A stretch of 11,290 nucleotides of DNA from an uncultured Methanosarcinales archaeon (GTDB lineage Archaea; Nanobdellota; Nanobdellia; Woesearchaeales; 21-14-0-10-32-9): assembly GCA_964484835.1 (NCBI GenBank), contig CAZAFP010000010.1, positions 1 to 11,290 of the forward strand, in the 5' to 3' direction. The notes under the pieces are model-generated. The model worked only from the letters and a program-made list of their open reading frames with translations. It did no database searches and was not told the DNA's origin. The position numbers were made by a program, and so were the translations under genes. Shown here in pieces: positions 5,038 to 11,290 of the stretch; position 1 is the stretch's first letter, and every line of letters starts with the position of its first letter.

Positions 5038-5045
5038 TATTTATA
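5038..5045 (+). promoter_or_regulatory. Putative TATA box (TATTTATA) for serS; the transcript is probably leaderless
   Basis: The box starts 32 bp upstream of the serS ATG (5070), and no Shine-Dalgarno lies in between. The same TATTTAWA motif sits at the same distance upstream of three other genes in the window. Confidence 0.45.
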
Positions 5046-5069
5046 TCTGGTATTTGATTTAAAAATAGT

Positions 5070-6347
5070 ATGCAAGATATAAATTTAGTAAGGGAAAATC
5101 CCGAGGTAATAAAAAAAGATTTGGAGAAAAGAAAAGATACAGAAAGAATTAAACTCGTTGATGAAGTTAAGAGTTTGGATGAGAAATGGAGAAAGCTGAA
5201 ATATGAAGAAGATCAGCTTAGGAGTAAGAGAAATAAATTAAGTAAACAAGTCAGCCAATACAAAAAAGAAGGTAAAGACGCTGCTAAAATTTTAGAGGAA
5301 GTTAAGAAGATACCTAACGAGATTAAAAAGTCTGAAGGAGAGAGGAAAGAATTAGAGCAAAAAATTACAGAAGGTCTTTATAATTTACCCAATATAACTG
5401 TAGATTCCGTGCCTTATGGTAAGGACGATTCTGAAAATGTGGAAATAAAAAATCATGGTGAGAAGAAGAAAAAAAATTTTGAGTTAAAACCCCACCAAGA
5501 AATCGCAGAAAACCTAGGAGTGGCAGATTTTGAAAGAAGCACTAAGCTTTCAGGTAGTGGTTTTTATATTCTTAAAGGAGACTTGGCCTTGCTGAATCAG
5601 GCTTTAATAAGATTTGCAATAGATCATATGATAAATAAGGGTTTTGAATATACAGAAGTTCCTTATATGATGAATAAAGATGCTTACCAGACAGGAGTTT
5701 CCATGGAAGATTTTGAAGACGTAATGTATAAAATAGATGGGGAAGACAAGTATCTAATTGCAACTTCCGAACATCCTTTGCTTGGCCAGTTCATTGGTGA
5801 AAAAATAGAGGAGGAAGAACTGCCTATTAAGTTAACTAGCTATTCTATGTGCTTTAGAAAGGAAGTTGGAAGCCATGGTATTGACACGAAAGGCTTGTTT
5901 AGGACTCATCAGTTTAACAAGGTTGAGATGGCTGTTTTATCTAAGCCAGAGGATAGTTGGGAAATACACGAAGAACTTCAGAAAAACGCTGAGGAAGTAA
6001 TGCAAAAATTAGAATTGCCTTACAGGGTTGTTAATATATGCACTGGAGACCTCGGGGATTTAGCCGCTAAAAAATATGATATCGAGGCTTGGATGCCCAG
6101 AGGGGAAGAGTATAGGGAAGTAGGCAGTAATAGTAACTTTACTGATTACCACGCTAGGAGAGCTAATATAAAGTATCATAAAAAGAAAACTAATGAGTTT
6201 CCATACGTGCACACCCTGAATAATACAGTAATAGCAACTAGTAGGATAATGGTGGCTATTCTCGAGAATTATCAGAATGAAGACGGTAGCGTTACGGTTC
6301 CAGAGGTTTTGAGGCCGTACATGTTTGGTAAGGAGATTATGAAATGA
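5070..6347 (+). CDS. serS: Seryl-tRNA synthetase (bacterial-type class II aaRS)
   Basis: 425 aa. The N-terminus MQDINLVRENPEVIKKDLEKR is followed by a long coiled-coil arm. Motif 2 is FRKEVGSHGIDTKGLFRTHQFNKVE. The motif 3 region is TLNNTVIATSRIMVAILENYQNEDGSVTVPEVLRPYM. Confidence 0.97.
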   Translation: MQDINLVRENPEVIKKDLEKRKDTERIKLVDEVKSLDEKWRKLKYEEDQLRSKRNKLSKQVSQYKKEGKDAAKILEEVKKIPNEIKKSEGERKELEQKITEGLYNLPNITVDSVPYGKDDSENVEIKNHGEKKKKNFELKPHQEIAENLGVADFERSTKLSGSGFYILKGDLALLNQALIRFAIDHMINKGFEYTEVPYMMNKDAYQTGVSMEDFEDVMYKIDGEDKYLIATSEHPLLGQFIGEKIEEEELPIKLTSYSMCFRKEVGSHGIDTKGLFRTHQFNKVEMAVLSKPEDSWEIHEELQKNAEEVMQKLELPYRVVNICTGDLGDLAAKKYDIEAWMPRGEEYREVGSNSNFTDYHARRANIKYHKKKTNEFPYVHTLNNTVIATSRIMVAILENYQNEDGSVTVPEVLRPYMFGKEIMK

Positions 6348-6616
6348 ATGGAATTGTTTACATAATAATAGGAATAATAGTGACCTTCGCCAGTAATTGG
6401 GTTTTGAATAATGTCGAGACTCCAGGAATGAATTTTTTTTACTACGGAGGTATTTTATTAATAGCCACAGGCGTAGCTAAATTAGCTTTTAATTATGTTA
6501 AAAAAGAAGAAAAGGATGAAAAAAATATAATAAGATGTGAAAAATGTGGGGTTAAACATTACGAAATAAGTAATTACTGTCATATTTGCGGTGCTAAACT
6601 CAAGAAAAATATATAA
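6344..6616 (+). CDS. Small membrane protein with a C-terminal zinc ribbon
   Basis: 90 aa. Two hydrophobic helices are present (IVYIIIGIIVTFASNWVL and FYYGGILLIATGVAKLAF). They are followed by CEKCGVKHYEISNYCHICGAKL (CxxC-x12-CxxC). The start overlaps the serS stop in an ATGA arrangement. Confidence 0.6.
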   Translation: MNGIVYIIIGIIVTFASNWVLNNVETPGMNFFYYGGILLIATGVAKLAFNYVKKEEKDEKNIIRCEKCGVKHYEISNYCHICGAKLKKNI

Positions 6617-6624
6617 AGAAAAAA

Positions 6625-6630
6625 AAGGAG
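6625..6630 (+). promoter_or_regulatory. Shine-Dalgarno-like AAGGAG for the nitroreductase gene
   Basis: aaggag at 6625-6630, 11 nt upstream of the ATG at 6642. Confidence 0.4.
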
Positions 6631-6641
6631 TTGTTTAAACA

Positions 6642-7307
6642 ATGGATGTTACAAAAGCCATAGACCAGAGAAGAAGTATAAGACATTTTAATACTAAATC
6701 TATAGAGTTTGAGAAGATAGCTTTAATCTTAGAAAACGCAGGTAAAGCACCTAGCAGCGGGGATATTAAAGATTATCGTTTCATATTAGTTACTGATTAC
6801 GAAGTTATAAGAAATATAGCCCAAGCCTGCACAGAACAATACTGGATAGAGACAGCGCCAGTTGTCATAGTAGTATGTGCCGATAAAGAAAGATCAGAGT
6901 CTTTTTACGGAGACAAAGGAAAAAATATGTATTCCATACAAAACGCGGCCGCGGCTACTCAGAATGCTCTTTTGACAGCTACCGAGCAAGGATTAGGTAG
7001 TTGTTGGGTAGGTAGTTTTGATGATGAAAAAATAAGTATGTTGCTGAAGATGCCACCACATGTAGATCCACAGGCAGTTATAGCACTAGGTTATTACGAT
7101 GAAGAGCCTTCTGAGAAAGAGTTAGATATAGAACATTACGTTTACTTCGGCAGTTACGGTAATAAATTTTCCGACCTTAATCTAGTTACTAGGGAGTATA
7201 GTAAAGAGATTGAGAAGCAGCTTAAAAAACAAAAGAGAGGTCTTGATTATTTCTCAGATAAATTAAAAAAGTATATAGAAAGCATCCGGAAAAATAAACA
7301 GAAATAA
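6642..7307 (+). CDS. Nitroreductase-family flavoprotein with a basic helical C-terminal extension
   Basis: 221 aa. The N-terminal AIDQRRSIRHF is the RRSxRxF signature of the nitroreductase fold. The core also shows QNAAAATQNALLTATEQGLGSCWVGSFD and VIALGY. The last ~50 aa (KEIEKQLKKQKRGLDYFSDKLKKYIESIRKNKQK) lie beyond the usual fold. Confidence 0.85.
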   Translation: MDVTKAIDQRRSIRHFNTKSIEFEKIALILENAGKAPSSGDIKDYRFILVTDYEVIRNIAQACTEQYWIETAPVVIVVCADKERSESFYGDKGKNMYSIQNAAAATQNALLTATEQGLGSCWVGSFDDEKISMLLKMPPHVDPQAVIALGYYDEEPSEKELDIEHYVYFGSYGNKFSDLNLVTREYSKEIEKQLKKQKRGLDYFSDKLKKYIESIRKNKQK

Positions 7308-7313
7308 CTAGAT

Positions 7314-7325
7314 AAATTATTTAAA
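7314..7325 (+). promoter_or_regulatory. Putative BRE/TATA element AAATTATTTAAA for the helicase gene
   Basis: The element starts 34 bp upstream of the ATG at 7348. The identical 12-mer occurs at 10607-10618, 33 bp upstream of the ATG at 10640. Confidence 0.45.
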
Positions 7326-7347
7326 TAAAATCTTGATTCGTTATTAC

Positions 7348-9201
7348 ATGCCCGTTTCGCTATTTCCTTATGACAAGCCAAGACCTATACAAGATGTTCT
7401 AATCAGTGAGATAAACAAAGCAGTTAACAATAATAGTCAATTAATAGCTCACGCCCCTACAGGTCTTGGTAAGACAAGCGCTAGTTTAGCTGCGATGTTA
7501 AGCAATACGTTAGACACTGGTAAAACTGTTGTGTTCTTAACCAGCATGCATACTCAGCATAAGTTGGCTTTGGATACAATAAGAGATATTAGGAATAAGC
7601 ATAACGTAAAGGTAGTTGGAATCGATGTTATTGGAAAGAAACATCTTTGTTTACAACCAGGCGTTACTAACCTAGGCGCTAGTGAATTTATAGATTATTG
7701 TAAAACTCTCAGGAATGAAGGAAAGTGTAAGTTTTATAACAATCTTAAAAAAGGAGATGAATATTCTAAAAATACAAAGGATGCGGTTAACGAGTTTAAA
7801 AAAACAAGTCCTGTTCAGACAGAAGACGCTCTTAAAATTTCTGAGAAGTACCAAGTTTGTCCTTATGAGACTGGTTTAATCGTGGGTAAAGAAGCTCATG
7901 TTATCGTAACTGATTATTATTATTTGTTTAATCCAAAAATAAGAGATACTTTTTTAGCTAAGATTGGTAAAGAATTGGAAGATCTTGTTTTGATAGTTGA
8001 TGAAGCGCATAATCTTCCTAGCAGGATTAAAGACTTGAGCAGTCATAATATGTCTAATATAACTTTAAACAGAGCCATATCTGAAGCGGAAGAGCTGAAT
8101 CAGGACAAGCTAGCTAGTGTTTTGAGAGAGATTAATGAAATACTGGATTATTACAGTGCTAATATTGAAAAAGAATCTTATATGCGCATGGAGGAATTCA
8201 GAGACCGCGTTAGTATATTGTATCCTTATGATGATTTAATAGAATTATTAGAAGAGAATGCTGAAGAAATTAGAGAAGAGCAGAAGACGAGTTATTTAGG
8301 AAGCGTGGCTAATTTTTTAGATGCTTGGCAGAAAGAAGAAGAGGGTTTTGCCAGGATATTTTCAAAAAAGCAAGGTTTGAGGAGTGAGATAAAAAACGTG
8401 GGTTATAAATGTCTTCATCCGGGTGTCATTACCAGCGAGGTTTTTGAAAGGGCTGCGAGTAGTGTTGTTATGAGTGGTACCTTGACGCCTACGAGTATGT
8501 ATAAAGAAGTTCTCGGATTAGATAGGGCCGAGGAGTTAACTCTTAAAAGTCCTTTCCCTGATGAGAATCGTCTTAATATTGTAATACCCAAGACTAGTAC
8601 GAAGTATACTCATAGGAATGAAGCGCAGTATAAAGAGATTGCTAAGATAGTGACTAATATAGCAAATCAAGTCCCCGGAAATTCAGCCATATTCTTCCCT
8701 AGTTATAAATTAAGAGATAACGTCCAGTTGCAGATGCGTGGTTTGGAAAAAACTGTGTTGAAAGAAACCCAGGGTTTGAATAAAACTGAAAGGGAGGAAA
8801 TTCTTGATAAGTTCAGACAATACAAAGAAGACGGAGCAGTATTATTAGGTGTTAGCAGTGGCAGCTTTGCAGAGGGTATTGATTTGCCAGGGGATTTGTT
8901 AAAAGCAGTCGTGGTAGTCGGTCTTCCTCTTCAGGTTCCTGATTTGGAGACTAAAGCAGTTATAAAGTATTACGATGCTAAATTCGGGAAGGGTTGGGAT
9001 TATGGTTATTTATTCCCTGCATTTAATAAAACGTTGCAGAGTGCTGGTCGTTGTATAAGAAGCGATACGGATAGAGGAGTGGTGGTTTTCTTGGATGAGA
9101 GGTATGCTTGGCCTAACTATTCTAAGTGTTTCCCAGAGGATTATAATTTGAGAACGACACTCTTATATACAAGTTTGATTAAGAATTTTTTTGAGAAATA
9201 A
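7348..9201 (+). CDS. xpd: XPD/Rad3-family (DinG-like) SF2 DNA helicase with an Fe-S cluster domain
   Basis: The Walker A motif is AHAPTGLGKTSA and the DEAH box is IVDEAHNL. Four Cys lie between them in the contexts HLCLQP, DYCKTL, GKCKFY and QVCPYE, the 4Fe-4S arrangement of XPD. The C-terminal helicase motifs are SGSFAEGIDLPG and LQSAGRCIRS. The track ORF starts at a TTG (7333). I prefer the ATG at 7348 (MPVSLFPYDKPRPIQ) because the TATA-like element fits a leaderless start there. Confidence 0.9.
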   Translation: MPVSLFPYDKPRPIQDVLISEINKAVNNNSQLIAHAPTGLGKTSASLAAMLSNTLDTGKTVVFLTSMHTQHKLALDTIRDIRNKHNVKVVGIDVIGKKHLCLQPGVTNLGASEFIDYCKTLRNEGKCKFYNNLKKGDEYSKNTKDAVNEFKKTSPVQTEDALKISEKYQVCPYETGLIVGKEAHVIVTDYYYLFNPKIRDTFLAKIGKELEDLVLIVDEAHNLPSRIKDLSSHNMSNITLNRAISEAEELNQDKLASVLREINEILDYYSANIEKESYMRMEEFRDRVSILYPYDDLIELLEENAEEIREEQKTSYLGSVANFLDAWQKEEEGFARIFSKKQGLRSEIKNVGYKCLHPGVITSEVFERAASSVVMSGTLTPTSMYKEVLGLDRAEELTLKSPFPDENRLNIVIPKTSTKYTHRNEAQYKEIAKIVTNIANQVPGNSAIFFPSYKLRDNVQLQMRGLEKTVLKETQGLNKTEREEILDKFRQYKEDGAVLLGVSSGSFAEGIDLPGDLLKAVVVVGLPLQVPDLETKAVIKYYDAKFGKGWDYGYLFPAFNKTLQSAGRCIRSDTDRGVVVFLDERYAWPNYSKCFPEDYNLRTTLLYTSLIKNFFEK

Positions 9202-9204
9202 CAT

Positions 9205-9212
9205 GAGGAGGT
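9205..9212 (+). promoter_or_regulatory. Strong Shine-Dalgarno GAGGAGGT for adk
   Basis: gaggaggt at 9205-9212, 7 nt upstream of the ATG at 9220. Confidence 0.65.
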
Positions 9213-9219
9213 AATAACT

Positions 9220-9840
9220 ATGAATATTGTAATAACAGGACCCCAGGGTTGTGGTAAAGGAACACAGGCAAGTTTGATAAGCAATGAAAAAGGAATAAAA
9301 CACGTCTCGATGGGTGATGTTTTAAGAGACGTTGTTAAGAACAAAGGGGAGAATCATGAGTTGATTCGTGATGCTATGAAGAAAGGAGATTTGATTCCTG
9401 ATGAGATAAATAATAAAGCAGTTAAGAAAGTGCTTGATGAAAACCCTGGAGGTGTTATTCTAGACGGTTATCCTAGGAATACTAATCAAGCAGATTATTT
9501 GATAAAAAATACTAAGATTGATCTTGTACTGGTTCTTGATATAAGTGATGAAGAAGCTATTGAGAGAATCGGTAAGAGGAGGATATGCACCGCCACTAAT
9601 AAGATTTACATCGCGGATAAAATAACTCAGAAAGATATTGATGAATGTGAAAAAGCAGGCGGCGAGATAATAACAAGGGAGGATGATCAGCCTGAAAGTG
9701 TTAAGAAAAGGCTTGACATTTATCATAAGAAGACAACGCCTGTCTTGGACATATTCAGAGAGAAAGGTATTAATGTTCAAGTTATACCTGCAGAAGGTTC
9801 AATTGATGAGGTTTTTGAGAAGATAAAGAAATTACTATGA
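9220..9840 (+). CDS. adk: Adenylate kinase (long, bacterial-like form with a lid domain)
   Basis: 206 aa. The P-loop is ITGPQGCGKGTQ. The NMP-binding region is MGDVLRD and the core shows ILDGYPRN. The lid is RRICTATNKIY...CEKAGGEIITREDD, where only 2 of the 4 usual Zn-ligand positions are Cys. Confidence 0.95.
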   Translation: MNIVITGPQGCGKGTQASLISNEKGIKHVSMGDVLRDVVKNKGENHELIRDAMKKGDLIPDEINNKAVKKVLDENPGGVILDGYPRNTNQADYLIKNTKIDLVLVLDISDEEAIERIGKRRICTATNKIYIADKITQKDIDECEKAGGEIITREDDQPESVKKRLDIYHKKTTPVLDIFREKGINVQVIPAEGSIDEVFEKIKKLL

Positions 9841-10601
9841 TATATGCAGATGTGCATGCTCACTTGGATTTTCCAGAGTATGAGAATGACTTGAAAGAAG
9901 TTATTAAGAGAGCGTCAGATAAAGGGGTTAAGAGAATAGTTGCCAACGGAGTTAATCCGGGGAGTAATGAAAAAGTATTGGGGATAAGTAAAAATTATGG
10001 CGTTGTAAAACCAGCTCTTGGTTTTTATCCTACTGACGTTCTTGATTATTCTGAAGAGGTTATAAATAAAGAATTGGAAAGAATAAGGAAAAACAAAGAA
10101 GTGGTTGCTTATGGAGAAGTTGGTTTGGATTACAAATACTTACCTGAGAAAAATCAAGACGAAGCTAAGAAGAGACAAAAAATGGTTTTTCAAAAATTTA
10201 TAGAACTTAGCGAGAAAACTAAGATGCCTCTTATTATACATTCTAGAAAGGCCGAAAAGGACGTTCTTGAAATGTTAGAATCTTCTTCTTTGAAGAATCC
10301 AATTCTGCATAGTTTTATGGCTAAGAAGAAATTAGTTGAAAGAGCAAGTGATAACGGTTATTATCTTAGTGTTTTGCCTATTGTTAATAAATTACAACAA
10401 GTGCGTGATCTTGTTAGTTATACTCCTTTTAAACAATTGCTGACCGAAACAGACAGTCCTTATATGAGTCCTGAAGGCGGGAGGAATGAGCCTTGCAATG
10501 TTAGTTTCTGCGTTGACGAGATTGCTAAGATAAAAGAACTGGAAAAAGTTGAGGCGGCTAATAATCTTTATATGAATTATCGTAAAGCGTTTAATGATTA
10601 A
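9837..10601 (+). CDS. TatD-family metal-dependent hydrolase/DNase
   Basis: 254 aa. The N-terminal DVHAHLDF is the HxH metal motif. Also present are GEVGLDY, PLIIHSR and ETDSPYM, which are typical TatD/amidohydrolase-fold motifs. An ATGA overlap joins it to the adk stop. Confidence 0.9.
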   Translation: MIYADVHAHLDFPEYENDLKEVIKRASDKGVKRIVANGVNPGSNEKVLGISKNYGVVKPALGFYPTDVLDYSEEVINKELERIRKNKEVVAYGEVGLDYKYLPEKNQDEAKKRQKMVFQKFIELSEKTKMPLIIHSRKAEKDVLEMLESSSLKNPILHSFMAKKKLVERASDNGYYLSVLPIVNKLQQVRDLVSYTPFKQLLTETDSPYMSPEGGRNEPCNVSFCVDEIAKIKELEKVEAANNLYMNYRKAFND

Positions 10602-10606
10602 AGAAA

Positions 10607-10618
10607 AAATTATTTAAA
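10607..10618 (+). promoter_or_regulatory. Putative BRE/TATA element AAATTATTTAAA for the 84-aa gene
   Basis: The 12-mer is identical to 7314-7325 and lies 33 bp upstream of the ATG at 10640. No Shine-Dalgarno lies between. Confidence 0.45.
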
Positions 10619-10639
10619 GTAATTAATTAATAAATAAGT

Positions 10640-10894
10640 ATGGAAATCAAGATTGATACGCAGAAAGATTCTAAAGAGGAAATTAAGAAAACTATAGAAT
10701 TCTTGCAGAAATTAGTGGGTTCTGAAACTTCTACTGATGAAACAAGTACGGAGTCAGGAATGTTTGATTTATTCGATAATAACTCTGAAGACGATGATTC
10801 TGAAGATAAAAAGTTTGAAAATCCTAACAAATCTTATTATGAAAAAGAAGAAGAAAAACCAAAGGACATACCAAGGGTTGAAATATTTGATTAA
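10640..10894 (+). CDS. Small acidic hypothetical protein (84 aa)
   Basis: ATG start, TAA stop, with its own TATA-like element. There is a short amphipathic N-terminus (EEIKKTIEFLQKLVG). The rest is S/T/D/E-rich low complexity carrying GMFDLFD (aa 40-46) and a C-terminal VEIFD. No family was recognised. Confidence 0.5.
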   Translation: MEIKIDTQKDSKEEIKKTIEFLQKLVGSETSTDETSTESGMFDLFDNNSEDDDSEDKKFENPNKSYYEKEEEKPKDIPRVEIFD

Positions 10895-10895
10895 A

Positions 10896-10903
10896 TATTT
10901 AAA
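10896..10903 (+). promoter_or_regulatory. Putative TATA box (TATTTAAA) for the archease gene
   Basis: The box starts 32 bp upstream of the ATG at 10928, the same spacing as at serS. Confidence 0.4.
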
Positions 10904-10927
10904 AACAAAGCACTTTCTTTATTTTTC

Positions 10928-11290
10928 ATGAAATACGAATTTTTAGAACACACCGCTGATGTTAAGTTCAGAGCATATGGTAAAACGTTAGAAAAGGCTT
11001 TTGAGAATGCCGCAATTGCTACTTTCCAGGTTATGACCGACGTTAATAAAATAGAGAAGAAACACGATAAGGATATTAAAGTAAAAGGAGATACTGCCCA
11101 GACTTTATTGTATAATTTCTTAGAAGAACTTATTTTTTTAATGGACTCAGAGAGTTTTTTACTAGCAGACGTTAAACTAGAAGAGTTCGGACACGGTTTT
11201 TTAAAAGCTAAACTAATTGGTGATTACCAAGAAGAGTTCAAGTATGACGTTCATACTTATATTAAAGCAGTGACTTATAATGAATTGTTA
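10928..11290 (+). CDS. Archease (RtcB tRNA-ligase / tRNA methyltransferase cofactor), 3'-partial at the window edge
   Basis: This ORF is absent from the track because the frame is still open at 11290. Hand translation gives MKYEFLEHTADVKFRAYGKTLEKAFENAAIATFQVMTD...HTYIKAVTYNELL (121 codons). The EHTAD and G.tlEeaF motifs at the N-terminus and IKAVTY near the C-terminus are the archease signatures. Confidence 0.88.
   Translation, partial: MKYEFLEHTADVKFRAYGKTLEKAFENAAIATFQVMTDVNKIEKKHDKDIKVKGDTAQTLLYNFLEELIFLMDSESFLLADVKLEEFGHGFLKAKLIGDYQEEFKYDVHTYIKAVTYNELL

Noticed and set aside
5572-5763. Minus-strand ORF 5572..5763 (63 aa)
   Set aside because: It lies inside serS, which has unambiguous class II synthetase motifs on the plus strand.
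35-6347. Functional linkage of tRNA-Ser(GCU) and seryl-tRNA synthetase, about 5 kb apart
   Set aside because: They lie on opposite strands and are separated by six unrelated genes and a divergent promoter. In a compact genome this is most simply coincidence.
7672-7854. Minus-strand ORF 7672..7854 (60 aa)
   Set aside because: It lies inside the Fe-S domain region of the XPD helicase gene and is a shadow ORF.
9141-9780. Minus-strand ORFs 9141..9344 (67 aa) and 9460..9780 (106 aa)
   Set aside because: They lie antisense to the XPD 3' end and to adk. The adk reading frame has the P-loop and lid motifs, while these ORFs have no recognisable features.
10627-10931. ORFs 10627..10830 (minus, 67 aa) and 10737..10931 (plus, 64 aa)
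   Set aside because: Both overlap the 84-aa acidic ORF, which has the better promoter spacing and a clean ATG. The second would also run through the archease promoter into the archease start codon. All three are low complexity, so the 84-aa call itself gets only moderate confidence.
1-11290. CRISPR arrays, IS elements or transposases, integrases, rRNA, tRNA introns
   Set aside because: I scanned for regularly spaced repeats, terminal inverted repeats, DDE or tyrosine-recombinase-like ORFs and further GC-rich structured islands. None was found apart from the single tRNA and the intragenic repeats listed.

Overview
AT-rich, very gene-dense window that reads as archaeal. The evidence is a tRNA with a GGTTCAAATCC T-arm, no encoded CCA and an oligo-T run right after it; TATA-like boxes about 25-32 bp upstream of several ATG codons, implying mostly leaderless mRNAs; an XPD/Rad3-type Fe-S helicase; and an archease. 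A small-genome DPANN-type archaeon is my best guess, but that is inference and cannot be verified here. I call 1 tRNA, 13 complete CDS (one a 43-codon ORF missing from the supplied track) and 1 partial CDS. The layout has three parts. (i) 1-1440 holds tRNA-Ser(GCU) on the minus strand, then a plus-strand PIN-domain protein with unusually T/G-rich coding sequence. (ii) 1441-4958 is a minus-strand envelope/export cluster: a secreted protein with phage-tail-fibre-like repeats, a small ORF, tatC, tatA with a lysine-rich tail, and a 485-aa membrane-anchored, sequon-rich protein. The C-terminal domain of that 485-aa protein looks like a bacterial-type signal peptidase I with Ala where the nucleophilic Ser should be. 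(iii) 5070-11290 is a plus-strand housekeeping string: serS, a zinc-ribbon membrane protein, nitroreductase, XPD helicase, adenylate kinase, TatD-family hydrolase, a small acidic protein and archease (running off the window). The minus-strand cluster is the most interesting part: a Tat translocase directly abutting a probably inactive signal-peptidase-like surface protein and a tail-fibre-like secreted protein. No CRISPR array, transposase, integrase or rRNA was seen. All homology statements come from recognising motifs by eye in the supplied translations; no searches were run.
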